Assembly (NCBI GenBank): GCA_029218405.1
Contig: JAQXRG010000095.1
Coordinates: forward strand, 2,399 to 66,398
Origin: Bacteroidales bacterium
GTDB lineage: Bacteria > Bacteroidota > Bacteroidia > Bacteroidales > Bacteroidaceae
Reading direction: 5' to 3'
DNA length: 64,000 nucleotides
Below, one piece after another: positions 45,805-55,663 of the stretch; the stretch's first letter is position 1; each line of letters begins with the position of its first letter. Both the position numbers and the translations under genes were made by a program. Under the pieces are notes generated by a model. That model had not been told where the DNA came from, made no database searches, and was given only the letters and a program-made list of their open reading frames with translations.

Positions 45805-47091
45805 ATGCTGCATAAATGGATTTATAAATTAGGGATGGAAAGGCGCAATCCTAGTTTGGCGCCTTATCTGGACTTTCTGATGAAGTCTGAAGAATGGACT
45901 TTGTCTGCCTTGGAGGATTATCAGTTTGAGAAGTGTAAGGAACTATGCATCTTTGCCTCGCAGCATTCTCCGTTTTACCGGCAGCGTTTTGAGGAGGTGG
46001 GATTCAAGCCCGAAAAAATGCAGAGCGTGTACGACCTGTCTGTACTTCCTCTACTTGGTAAGGACGATTTGCGCGTGCACCATGATGAGATTGCGGCGCG
46101 CTATTCATTCCGGACAGTGACACTGGCCGAGACATCAGGCACGTCAGGACAGCCGTTGAGCTTTTATCGCAATGAGGAATGGGACTCGCATAATCGAGCG
46201 GCCATGTTCAGAGGGTATGCCTGGTACGGTGTCAACCCTTGGGATAAGAATGGCTATTTTTGGGGGTATAATATTGACAAGTCTCAACGCTGGAAGACAA
46301 TGGTACTGGACGGGCTACAGAATCGTTTCCGGTTGTTCGATTACGATGAACAGCATATACGGCGGTTCGTGGAACGCCTGAAGGGAGCCACGTTCGTTTC
46401 CGGTTATTCGTCCATGATCTATGAGGTAGCAAAGATGATCAATGAATTGGGCATCAGCAATAAGTTCGGGTTGAGAATGGTGAAGGGAACCTCGGAGAAA
46501 ATCTATCCTTCCTATCAGGAAGAGGTGCTGATGGCGTTCGGTCGGAAGATGATTAGCGAATACGGGTCTTGTGAATCGGGACTGATAGCCTATGAATGCC
46601 CGGAAGGCGGACACATGCACATCAACATGGAGAATGTGGTGGTGGAAGAAGTGGATGGGGAGATGGTTGTGACAAATCTTCTGTCGCATTCGTTCCCGAT
46701 TATTCGTTATCGGTTAGGGGATTCGATTCGGTTGGCCCCCCGTGGTTTCCGATGCCCTTGTGGTCGCGAGCATCCGGTGCTGTTGGACGTGTTGGGGCGC
46801 GTAGGAAAGAAGGTAGTAGGGAAACAGAAGAATTATCCTAGCCTGACGTTCTATTATGTGTTCAAGAACCTGCTGTTGACTCGTCGGATCGCCTTGAATT
46901 ATCAGGCAGTGCAGGAGCGTGCTGGACACATTTTGTTGAGGATTGAGCAGAACCGGCCTGAGTTGCAACCCTATGTAGAAACAGAACTGAAGAGGTATTT
47001 CTCCGATGACCTGGAAGTTGATATCCGTTGGGGGGAGTCGCTGCATGCCATGGATGGCAAGTTGCGTGACTTTATTACACATATCCAATAA
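45805..47091 (+). CDS. Phenylacetate-CoA ligase family / CapK-like adenylate-forming enzyme
   Basis: SPFYR, TSGTSG, EYGSCE, PIIRYRLGD, CPCGR and GR. Confidence 0.88.
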   Translation: MLHKWIYKLGMERRNPSLAPYLDFLMKSEEWTLSALEDYQFEKCKELCIFASQHSPFYRQRFEEVGFKPEKMQSVYDLSVLPLLGKDDLRVHHDEIAARYSFRTVTLAETSGTSGQPLSFYRNEEWDSHNRAAMFRGYAWYGVNPWDKNGYFWGYNIDKSQRWKTMVLDGLQNRFRLFDYDEQHIRRFVERLKGATFVSGYSSMIYEVAKMINELGISNKFGLRMVKGTSEKIYPSYQEEVLMAFGRKMISEYGSCESGLIAYECPEGGHMHINMENVVVEEVDGEMVVTNLLSHSFPIIRYRLGDSIRLAPRGFRCPCGREHPVLLDVLGRVGKKVVGKQKNYPSLTFYYVFKNLLLTRRIALNYQAVQERAGHILLRIEQNRPELQPYVETELKRYFSDDLEVDIRWGESLHAMDGKLRDFITHIQ

Positions 47092-47094
47092 GTT

Positions 47095-48306
47095 ATGAGA
47101 GAACTATTGTACAGGCTGAAGCATGTTTTCCAGTGGCGGTTGCGGTGGGAAGAGGCCAAGGCATTTTCTCTCTTCTTGTTAAGTTGGCTATTGTTCCGTT
47201 TTTGCCGCAAGGAGAAGAATCTTTGGTTGTTCTCCGAGCGAGGTACAGACGCACGTGACAATGGCTACTGGATGTTCCGTTATGTGATGGAACATCATCC
47301 CGAAGTGAATGCTAAGTTCATCATTTGTAGGGATTCTGAAGACAGAAAGAAGTTGTCGGAATGGGAGGATCGGTTGGTACCCTTCGGGACGTTCCGGCAT
47401 TATTTGATGATATGGCAGGCTGCGTGCGCCATTAGTACGCACGTGGGTGGTTACCTGCCTTACTACATTCGTGAAGTGCCTGCTTTTCGTCGGTTGTATC
47501 ATAAGTGGGCACCCCTCATCCGTCTGGTGTGGCTACAGCATGGTGTGATTATGAACGATATGCCCCAGTATCATTTTGGCCGGACTCATTTGGACCTGCT
47601 GGTTTGTGGAGCCCAACCGGAACATACGTTTATCTCCACGACATTTGGTTATCCCAAGGGAGTGGCCCGTTATTTAGGGTTGGCCCGTTACGACCAGCTG
47701 CACGATGTGCAGGTCAATGGACGGCAGATTCTGCTGATGCCCACATGGCGACAATGGTTGTTGAAGAAAAAGGCGTTTCTGCAGAGTGACTACCTGCATA
47801 CCTATGCCGCCTTATTGGCGGACGATCGGTTGCACAGGTTGTTACAGGACAATGGCCTGACATTGGTTTTCTATCCACATTACGAGGTTCAGCCCTACGT
47901 GGATGAGTTCCGAAAGAAACCACTGCCCGATTGCATCTGTATTGCTGATAAGGCTCACTACGATGTGCAGCGGCTGCTGAAAGAGTCGGCATTATTGATT
48001 ACGGACTATAGTAGTGTGGGATTAGATTTCGCTTATATGCGCAAGCCGCTGGTATATTTTCAGTTCGATGCGCAAGAGTTCTGGAAGGGGCATTACTGCC
48101 GGGGTTACTATGACTATCACCAAGGTCTGGGGGATTGGTGTGATACGGTTTCTGGTTTGTTGTCAGTACTGGAACGCTCGGTCCGTCATAATTTTCAAAT
48201 GCCCGACGTGTACCGCAAGAGAGCCGATGAGTTTTTTCCCTTGCAGGATACAGGTAACTGTGAACGTAACTTTATGGCTATTCGTCAGTTGTTGGAAAAA
48301 GAATAG
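47095..48306 (+). CDS. CDP-glycerol/polyol-phosphate phosphotransferase (TagF/TagB family)
   Basis: DNG, LQHG, MPTWR, YPH and LITDYSSV..DFAYMRKP. Confidence 0.9.
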   Translation: MRELLYRLKHVFQWRLRWEEAKAFSLFLLSWLLFRFCRKEKNLWLFSERGTDARDNGYWMFRYVMEHHPEVNAKFIICRDSEDRKKLSEWEDRLVPFGTFRHYLMIWQAACAISTHVGGYLPYYIREVPAFRRLYHKWAPLIRLVWLQHGVIMNDMPQYHFGRTHLDLLVCGAQPEHTFISTTFGYPKGVARYLGLARYDQLHDVQVNGRQILLMPTWRQWLLKKKAFLQSDYLHTYAALLADDRLHRLLQDNGLTLVFYPHYEVQPYVDEFRKKPLPDCICIADKAHYDVQRLLKESALLITDYSSVGLDFAYMRKPLVYFQFDAQEFWKGHYCRGYYDYHQGLGDWCDTVSGLLSVLERSVRHNFQMPDVYRKRADEFFPLQDTGNCERNFMAIRQLLEKE

Positions 48307-48311
48307 GTCTG

Positions 48312-49442
48312 ATGGGCAATGTGCTGTTTGAAAGCCAGACACCGGCGTTGGTCATTAGTAACATGGTGCTGTTGACCATTATTTATTATTCTTTACAGCC
48401 GGCTTATTACAATTTGCAGACGAATCCTCCGAAACGACTGTATCTGGGAATTGTTTGTATCTTTCTTTTCACGATGTTCTCCTTCTGGATACACGACTGG
48501 TTCGGGTATCAGCGGGAATACATGTTAATTCGGGAGAGTGAGTGGTACCGTGAACGTACTAGTCTGGAACCGGTCTATATATGGATTATCTTACACAGCC
48601 CAGATTACCTGATCTTCAGGTTTGTGGTGTTTGGGGGAGCGTTATTGCTGGTGTATCTTATCATTCGGCATCTACAGGTTAGTCGCGATTTGTCTTGTTT
48701 CTTTTTTGGGGTTTTGTTTTTGCCGCTGTTTGCTTACGCGAGGGTCAGTCTGGCTGTGGTGATGATGTTGTATGGCACCGTGCTGATTAGCCGACCTTTT
48801 GCGAATCGCCGGACATTGTCTTATGTGTCAGGAGTCGTGTTGGTGGTGGTGTCTGTCTTTTTCCACAAGTCAGCGGCCATGGGGATATTAGTGGTCATTT
48901 TTAGTTTCATTTCCAGGACTGCCAATAAGAATTCTTGGTTTTATATCGTGTTGGCTTTCATTGCTACAGCCGTTATTGCTCGTGTAGCGATAAGCATATT
49001 TTTGGGAGGAGCACTGGATTCGGATGAAATGTCCTCAAAGTCTATGGAAGCCGGACAGAAATACATGAATAAGGAAGCTGTTGAAAGCGGAGTGGGTGCT
49101 TTGTTGGGCTATACCCTTGAACGCACACCTTACTATTTGTGCGCATTGCTTAGTTTTCAGATACAGAGTGAATATAAAGTACCCAAGGAAATAGAGGCGA
49201 TTCTTAAGTTTGATATGTATTTAGTGCTACTGGCTACCGTCTTTGCGGTGGATCTCGGAGCGAATACCTCTATCATGTTTGGGCGCCTGCTTCGGTTTGC
49301 GTTGGTACCCTCCACCGTTATTATGGCCTATGCGTATCAATACGGACTGTTTACCAAACTGGTGAAGATTATTTTTTTTATCGGGTTGTCCTGTGTTATC
49401 TACCGGTTGACCTATACTTTTTATAATGTTTTAGTGGCATGA
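48312..49442 (+). CDS. wzy: EpsG-family polymerase (Wzy-like)
   Basis: Multi-TM protein; DWFGY, EP, RVSLA and FHKSA. Confidence 0.8.
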   Translation: MGNVLFESQTPALVISNMVLLTIIYYSLQPAYYNLQTNPPKRLYLGIVCIFLFTMFSFWIHDWFGYQREYMLIRESEWYRERTSLEPVYIWIILHSPDYLIFRFVVFGGALLLVYLIIRHLQVSRDLSCFFFGVLFLPLFAYARVSLAVVMMLYGTVLISRPFANRRTLSYVSGVVLVVVSVFFHKSAAMGILVVIFSFISRTANKNSWFYIVLAFIATAVIARVAISIFLGGALDSDEMSSKSMEAGQKYMNKEAVESGVGALLGYTLERTPYYLCALLSFQIQSEYKVPKEIEAILKFDMYLVLLATVFAVDLGANTSIMFGRLLRFALVPSTVIMAYAYQYGLFTKLVKIIFFIGLSCVIYRLTYTFYNVLVA

Positions 49443-50545
49443 AGATTTTGCACATTCATCCCTCTCTGGAAGGAGGAGGCATTGAAGCCATGATTTGCGG
49501 TCTGGCGAATGAGATGGTGAAGACCGAAGACGTAACGGTCTGCTCAATTTTCGAACCGAAGGAAACAGATGTCTTTTATCGACAGTTGGTGCCCGGAGTT
49601 CGCCGGGTTACTTGTCATAAAATTCGACAAGGCTTTTCTTTGAAAGAGTTGTTTCTGGTCTGGCAAATAATTCGTCGAGGAAAATATGATGTGGTCCATC
49701 TGCATGGTTTCCTCTATTATTATCTGTTGGCCATCCTGTTGTCTGGAAGATCAAAGACAAGATTTGTTTATACTGTCCACAATGATGCGGTCAGGGAGAA
49801 CGGGCGTTGGGATACTCGTCTGTTGGGTATTAAAAAGTGGCTGTTCCGCAAAGGGATTGTTCGTCCGGTGACGATTTCTGAAATTTCAAAAGCTTCATTC
49901 ACTGCATTGTATCATTGTGAGAGCAGATTGGTGTATAATGGTATTCCCTGTCCGAAGACGGATGCATCGAAGCGCACTGACATCATTGAGGCGGCTCGAC
50001 GCACGAAACACACGACAGTGCTCTTGAATGCAGCTCGTATTGATACGCAGAAGAATCAGTTGGTGTTGTGTAAGGTGGCGAAACGCTTGGTAGAGGAAGG
50101 GGAGGACATAGTTTTGTTGCTGGCCGGTTCAGTGACGAACACAGTTTCTTATGAGGAGATTGTACCCTACCTGTCTGAACGCATCATTTATCTGGGGGAG
50201 CGGAATGATATCCCTCAATTGTTCAGCGAGGTGGATGCTTTCTGTCTGCCTTCGAGATGGGAAGGGCTTCCTGTAACACTCTTGGAGGCATTGGCCGTGG
50301 GGTGTATACCGATTTGTGCGCCTGTAGGAGGTATCGTGAATGTGCTGACCGATGGGAGAGATGGGTTGTTATCTGCTTCGTGCAGCGAAGAGGATTATTA
50401 CCAGGCCCTGAAACGTTTTCTGGTGCTTTCGCCAGAAGAACATATGGTGATGCGTCGGGAAGGAATGGAAACTTTTAGACGTTATGAAATCTCAAAGACA
50501 GCCAGAGAGTATCTTGCTTTTTATCGTGAGTTGTTGGATGAGTAA
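49439..50545 (+). CDS. GT4 glycosyltransferase
   Basis: GGIE, YNGI, QKN and SRWEGLPVTLLEA. Confidence 0.92.
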   Translation: MKILHIHPSLEGGGIEAMICGLANEMVKTEDVTVCSIFEPKETDVFYRQLVPGVRRVTCHKIRQGFSLKELFLVWQIIRRGKYDVVHLHGFLYYYLLAILLSGRSKTRFVYTVHNDAVRENGRWDTRLLGIKKWLFRKGIVRPVTISEISKASFTALYHCESRLVYNGIPCPKTDASKRTDIIEAARRTKHTTVLLNAARIDTQKNQLVLCKVAKRLVEEGEDIVLLLAGSVTNTVSYEEIVPYLSERIIYLGERNDIPQLFSEVDAFCLPSRWEGLPVTLLEALAVGCIPICAPVGGIVNVLTDGRDGLLSASCSEEDYYQALKRFLVLSPEEHMVMRREGMETFRRYEISKTAREYLAFYRELLDE

Positions 50546-50554
50546 TCTTGTTCG

Positions 50555-51388
50555 TTGATGAACCATTATCTTGTTTCCGTTATTATTCCCACGTATTGTC
50601 CGAAAGAGTACTTGTGGGATTGCTTGGACTCGCTCCGCCAGCAGACTTTGCAGAAAGAAGCGTTCGAGGTCATCGTCGTACAGAACGGTCAGGTAGAACC
50701 ATATCGGACACAGATAGAGGCGTACCGGTCGAGACATCCGGAACTGCACCTTCGTTTGGAACAAGCCGAGCCCGCTGGGGCGGCGAGAGCGAGGAATGTA
50801 GGGTTGGACGTGGCGGAAGGGACGTTCATCCTGTTTATTGATGATGATGACTTTGTGAGTCCTATGTGTCTGGAAGAAATGCTCACGTTGGCTGATGACC
50901 GGTTCATAGCGGTGTGTTATCCTTATTCATTTCAGGACGGAGCTTTGGAGATGCAGTGCCCGTACAAGCTGACGGAAGCGTATGACGTTTGTTCACCGCA
51001 GCCGTATGCATCTGTCACAGGAATGGCTCGTCAGTTCCTCTCTGGTCCATGCATGAAGTTGATATCCAGATCCATCATCGGTGACCGGCGGTTTGATCCT
51101 CGCTTTAAGGTAGGTGAAGACAGCCTGTTCATGTTCCTGATTTCCGATCGGATTCAAGGAATCCGTTTTACGTCACGTCAGTCGGTCTATTATCGCCGCT
51201 TGCGGGAAGGGAGCATCATCCATTCTCAAGGCGTGTGGCACAGTATCCGTACGGGAGTTGCCATAGTAAGGGAATATACCCGGGTTTACTGGAAAGGCAA
51301 TTACTCTTCTTATTTGTACGTGACCCGTCTGCTGGGAGCGGGGCATCGGGTGCTTCATTGTTTGAAACAGAAAATTAAACATCTCTAA
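50555..51388 (+). CDS. GT2 glycosyltransferase
   Basis: VIIPTY, ARNVG, FIDDDD and GED. Confidence 0.9.
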   Translation: MMNHYLVSVIIPTYCPKEYLWDCLDSLRQQTLQKEAFEVIVVQNGQVEPYRTQIEAYRSRHPELHLRLEQAEPAGAARARNVGLDVAEGTFILFIDDDDFVSPMCLEEMLTLADDRFIAVCYPYSFQDGALEMQCPYKLTEAYDVCSPQPYASVTGMARQFLSGPCMKLISRSIIGDRRFDPRFKVGEDSLFMFLISDRIQGIRFTSRQSVYYRRLREGSIIHSQGVWHSIRTGVAIVREYTRVYWKGNYSSYLYVTRLLGAGHRVLHCLKQKIKHL

Positions 51389-51408
51389 TTATACGATATT
51401 TTTCAGTT

Positions 51409-52683
51409 ATGGAAAAACAGATAAAAATTTGTGTGATAGGACTAGGCTATGTAGGATTGCCGTTGGCTCGGTTGTTCTCGACCAAGTTTGAGACTGTGGG
51501 GTTTGATAAGAACCAACGGCGGGTGGATGCCCTGATGGCGGGGCATGACTCAACGCAGGAAGTCAGTGATAATGTGCTACAGGAGGCTATTTTGAAGAAC
51601 GGTTTCCGGTGTACGACACAATTGGATGAAATTCGTGACTGTAACTTTTATGTGGTAGCGGTGCCGACTCCAGTGGATAACGACAATCACCCTGACTTAA
51701 AGCCGTTGTGGGGAGCCAGCGAGACGGTGGGCAAGGTGATTTCGAAAGGAGATATTGTGGTCTATGAATCAACGGTCTATCCGGGTGTGACTGAAGAAGA
51801 ATGCTTGCCGGTAGTGGAACGGGTCAGCGGCTTAAAATATAATGTGGATTTCTTTGCCGGTTATTCTCCCGAGCGCATTAATCCAGGAGACAAGCAGCAC
51901 ACGGTAGAACAGATTAAGAAGGTGACCTCTGGATCTACACCGGAAATCGCGGATATTGTGGATGCGGTGTATAATACGGTGTTGGTGAACGGCACGCACA
52001 AAGCATCTTCTATTCGTGTGGCGGAAGCCAGCAAGATTATTGAGAACACGCAGCGCGATGTGAATATCGCATTCATGAATGAGTTGGCCAAGATTTTCAA
52101 TGCCATGGGAATAGATACGCAGGAGGTAATCGAAGCAGCTTCCAGTAAGTGGAACTTCATCAAGATGAAGCCCGGTTTGGTGGGAGGTCATTGTATTTCT
52201 GTGGATCCATACTATTTGATTCAGAAGGCGCAGGTATATGGTGTCCTGCCTCGTATCATGTTCTCGGCAAGACGCTTGAATGACAGTATGGGAGAGTATG
52301 TGGCCAACCAGGTCATCAAATTGATGAATAAGAAGGGGATTCTTGTGAAAGATGCGAATATACTCTTGCTGGGTATTACCTTCAAGGAAAACTGTCCGGA
52401 CATTCGGAATACCAAGGTCGAGGACATCTACATGACGTTAGCAGAATACACGCGCAACATTACGGTACTTGACCCTCTTGCGGATGCTGATGAGGTGAAA
52501 AGGGCGTATGGGATTGAGATTGTGGATGCCTTACCGGAGGGCAGGCTTTATGATGCGGTGATTCTGGCGGTTTCTCACAAGGACTTCGAATCGATAGACA
52601 TTCCTTCCTTGGTGCGTACGCCTGGCGTAGTGTACGATGTGAAAGGCATATTGCCCAAAGCAATCATTGATGGAAGATTATAA
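51409..52683 (+). CDS. UDP-N-acetylhexosamine 6-dehydrogenase (WbpO/TviB-like)
   Basis: GLGYVG, AVPTP, ESTVYPG, SPERINPG, GGHCI and FKENCPD. Confidence 0.93.
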   Translation: MEKQIKICVIGLGYVGLPLARLFSTKFETVGFDKNQRRVDALMAGHDSTQEVSDNVLQEAILKNGFRCTTQLDEIRDCNFYVVAVPTPVDNDNHPDLKPLWGASETVGKVISKGDIVVYESTVYPGVTEEECLPVVERVSGLKYNVDFFAGYSPERINPGDKQHTVEQIKKVTSGSTPEIADIVDAVYNTVLVNGTHKASSIRVAEASKIIENTQRDVNIAFMNELAKIFNAMGIDTQEVIEAASSKWNFIKMKPGLVGGHCISVDPYYLIQKAQVYGVLPRIMFSARRLNDSMGEYVANQVIKLMNKKGILVKDANILLLGITFKENCPDIRNTKVEDIYMTLAEYTRNITVLDPLADADEVKRAYGIEIVDALPEGRLYDAVILAVSHKDFESIDIPSLVRTPGVVYDVKGILPKAIIDGRL

Positions 52684-53677
52684 GCCTATGTTGTCTGTGA
52701 TTTGTCCGATATACTACGAGGAAAAGTATATCAGGAATTGTATAGAGTCCATTTTGGAGCAGGATTATCCGAAGAATGACCTGGAGGTCATATTTGTGGA
52801 CGGTGGAAGTAAAGACGGCACACGGCGTATCGTGGAGGAATATGCGGCACGGTTCCCATTTATCCGTTTATTAGACAATCCCCACCGCATTGTCCCGTAT
52901 GCCATGAATCTGGGAATTCAGGCGGCGAAAGGAGAGGTCATCATGCGTCTTGATGCCCACGCCATGTATGAACGCAACTACTTCTCAGCATTGGTTCGTC
53001 AGTTGAAGGAACTGAAGGTGGATAATGTGGGGGCGGTCTGCAAGACCGATGTCTTGCATAAGAACCCAAAGTCGCTTGCCATCAGGGAAGTGTTGAGTAA
53101 TAAGTTCGGAGTGGGGGACTCCACGTTCCGCACGGGAATTTCCGAGGTACAGGAGGTAGATACAGTGCCGTTCGGTTGTTGGCGTCGGGATGTATTTGAG
53201 AAATACGGCTATTATGATGTACGTTTGGTGCGTAATCAGGACATTGAACTGAACAAGCGAATATTGCGGGGAGGAGGTAGGATTTGTATTGTTCCCGATA
53301 CGTACTCTATCTATTTTGCCCGGGAGACGTACAGGCGTCTGGCAAGGAACAATTTTGGGAATGGGTTATGGAATATTTGGACAGTATATTATACTCGACA
53401 GTTCAGCTCATTGTGTCTTCGGCATTTCATCCCATTACTGTTTGTATTGTCACTTGTTTTGCCGATTTTAGCATCGTTCATATGGTGGCCCTTGATAGGA
53501 GTGGCTTGCCTGTCGTTATTAGCCTACACTTCCTTGTTAGGGGCAATTAGTTGGAGACTGGCGGTGGATAAGCACCTCAATTTCTTGTATTTGCTGGCCA
53601 GTTTTCTTGTGTTGCATGTCTCTTATGGGTGGGGTTCTCTTTGCGGAATAGTGAAAATTCCTTTTTTGAAACAATAA
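52667..53677 (+). CDS. GT2 glycosyltransferase (ExoA-like)
   Basis: VDGGS, RLDAH, VDTVPFG, RNQD and C-terminal TM helices. Confidence 0.9.
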   Translation: MMEDYKPMLSVICPIYYEEKYIRNCIESILEQDYPKNDLEVIFVDGGSKDGTRRIVEEYAARFPFIRLLDNPHRIVPYAMNLGIQAAKGEVIMRLDAHAMYERNYFSALVRQLKELKVDNVGAVCKTDVLHKNPKSLAIREVLSNKFGVGDSTFRTGISEVQEVDTVPFGCWRRDVFEKYGYYDVRLVRNQDIELNKRILRGGGRICIVPDTYSIYFARETYRRLARNNFGNGLWNIWTVYYTRQFSSLCLRHFIPLLFVLSLVLPILASFIWWPLIGVACLSLLAYTSLLGAISWRLAVDKHLNFLYLLASFLVLHVSYGWGSLCGIVKIPFLKQ

Positions 53678-53678
53678 C

Positions 53679-53727
53679 AAAAAAAATTCCCCCCCCCTTG
53701 CTATTTAGCAAATAAACCGTATCTTTG
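53679..53727 (+). promoter_or_regulatory. Internal promoter for the initiating-sugar module, preceded by A9-TT-C8
   Basis: CTTG (53697-700), N19, TATCTTTG (53720-27). Confidence 0.65.
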
Positions 53728-53793
53728 CACAACTAAAATGAAGTAAGAGGGTGGGAACCTCTTGTTTGGATGGATTAATTTAATAAGAATAGG

Positions 53794-54402
53794 ATGATAA
53801 AGTTTATTTTCGACCGGATTGTGGCCCTGATGGGGTTGTTGATATTGTGGCCCGTCTTTGTGATTGTGGCTGTTTTGAGCTTGATTAAGATGCCGGGAGG
53901 TCCCGTATTCTTCACACAAGAGAGAGTGGGGAGAGGGGGCAGGTTGTTTACCATCTACAAGTTCCGTACGATGGCGGTGTCGCACGACGGCACCAGTGTC
54001 ACCGTGGCGGGACAGAGCCGCATCACTCCGCTGGGTGCGGTACTGCGCAAGTATAAGATTGACGAGTTGCCAGAGCTATTGAACGTGCTCGTGGGCGACA
54101 TGAGCTTTGTGGGACCTCGTCCGGACGTACCGGGCTATGCCGACTTGCTGCTGGGCGAGGACCGGGAGATTCTGCAGCTGCGTCCGGGCATCACCGGTCC
54201 GGCTTCGATGAAATACCGTAACGAGGAGGAGCTGCTGGCCAAGCAGGAGAACCCGCACCGCTACAACGATGATGTGCTCTTCCCCGACAAGGTCCGGCTG
54301 AACCGGTATTACCTGCACCATTATTCGTTCTGGAAGGACATTCAGATGATTGTCTGCACGGTGCTGGGACGGAAAATGCTGTATGCTGGCGAATGGATAT
54401 AA
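53794..54402 (+). CDS. Initiating phosphoglycosyl transferase (PglC/WcfS-like)
   Basis: Single TM helix; KFRTM, IDELP, GDMSFVGPRP and PGITG. Confidence 0.93.
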   Translation: MIKFIFDRIVALMGLLILWPVFVIVAVLSLIKMPGGPVFFTQERVGRGGRLFTIYKFRTMAVSHDGTSVTVAGQSRITPLGAVLRKYKIDELPELLNVLVGDMSFVGPRPDVPGYADLLLGEDREILQLRPGITGPASMKYRNEEELLAKQENPHRYNDDVLFPDKVRLNRYYLHHYSFWKDIQMIVCTVLGRKMLYAGEWI

Positions 54403-54469
54403 TATGAAAAGAACAGCGCGTTAGCGCTTGCATTTAACCTTGACTTTGACCCTAACTTTATTATAAGAT

Positions 54470-55660
54470 ATGAAAAGGATATATCTTTGCCTGGCTCACA
54501 TGAGCGGGCAGGAACAGCAATACATTCAGGAAGCGTTCGACACCAACTGGGTGGTTCCTTTAGGACCGAACGTAAACGCCTTCGAGCAGGAACTCAAGGC
54601 CTATACAGGCAATGAAGAGGTGGAAGTGGTGGCCCTTTCATCGGGGACGGCAGCCATCCACTTGGCCTTGGTGGCGCTGGGTATCCAGCCTGGGGACGAG
54701 GTGATGGTGCAGAGCTTCACGTTCTGCGCGTCGGCCAACCCTGTCAAGTATGTAGGAGCTGTCCCTGTTCTGGTAGATTCGGAACCGGATACCTGGAACA
54801 TGGACCCGGTATTGCTGGACGAAGCGATTGCTGATCGTATTCGAGTGACAGGACGCAAGCCGAAGGCCATCATTCCGGTGGCGCTGTATGGCATGCCTCC
54901 AAAGATGGACGAGATCATGGCCGTGGCCGGGAAGTACGGTATCCCCGTAGTGGAGGATACGGCGGAGGCCTTGGGCTCTTATTACAAGGGGCGGTTCTGT
55001 GGCACACTGGGCCGGTTCGGCGTGATGTCTTTCAATGGCAACAAAATGATTACCACTTCGGGAGGCGGCGCGCTAATATGTCCGGACTTGGAGACAAAGC
55101 AGCGGGTGATGTATTTCGCCACACAGGCCCGTCAGCCGTTCCCCTATTACCAGCATACGGAAATCGGCTACAACTACCGGATGAGCAACATCTGTGCGGG
55201 CATCGGACGCGGACAGATGACTGTGGTGCGGGAGCATGTGGAGCACCACCGCCACGTGGCGCGTCTCTATCAACAGCTGTTGGCGGAGGTGCCCGGCGTG
55301 AAGGTGCATTGGGCCCCGTCGGAGGAGTTCGACAGCAATTACTGGCTGACGACGGTGGTGCTGGACGCAGACGTGAAGGTACGGGAAGTGGTGGATAACC
55401 ATCGTCCGCATACCGATTGCGAGCCGAATCCGAACGTGATGGCGTTGGCGGCCGGACTGGACAAGGCGGGCATCGAAAGCCGCCCGCTGTGGAAACCCTT
55501 GCACTTGCATCCCGTGTTCGCGGACAGTCCGCGGTATGTGAACGGAATCAGCGAGGCACTCTTTCAGGTGGGGCTGTGCCTGCCGTCGGGACCCATGGTG
55601 TCCGACGAGGAGGTACGGTATATCATCGATACAATAAAGGAACTGATAATCCGTCAGTAA
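54470..55660 (+). CDS. DegT/DnrJ sugar 4-aminotransferase (PglE/EpsN-like)
   Basis: SSGTAAIH, EDTAEA, SFNGNKMITTSGGG, GYNYRMSN and LCLPSG. Confidence 0.93.
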   Translation: MKRIYLCLAHMSGQEQQYIQEAFDTNWVVPLGPNVNAFEQELKAYTGNEEVEVVALSSGTAAIHLALVALGIQPGDEVMVQSFTFCASANPVKYVGAVPVLVDSEPDTWNMDPVLLDEAIADRIRVTGRKPKAIIPVALYGMPPKMDEIMAVAGKYGIPVVEDTAEALGSYYKGRFCGTLGRFGVMSFNGNKMITTSGGGALICPDLETKQRVMYFATQARQPFPYYQHTEIGYNYRMSNICAGIGRGQMTVVREHVEHHRHVARLYQQLLAEVPGVKVHWAPSEEFDSNYWLTTVVLDADVKVREVVDNHRPHTDCEPNPNVMALAAGLDKAGIESRPLWKPLHLHPVFADSPRYVNGISEALFQVGLCLPSGPMVSDEEVRYIIDTIKELIIRQ

Positions 55661-55663
55661 AGG

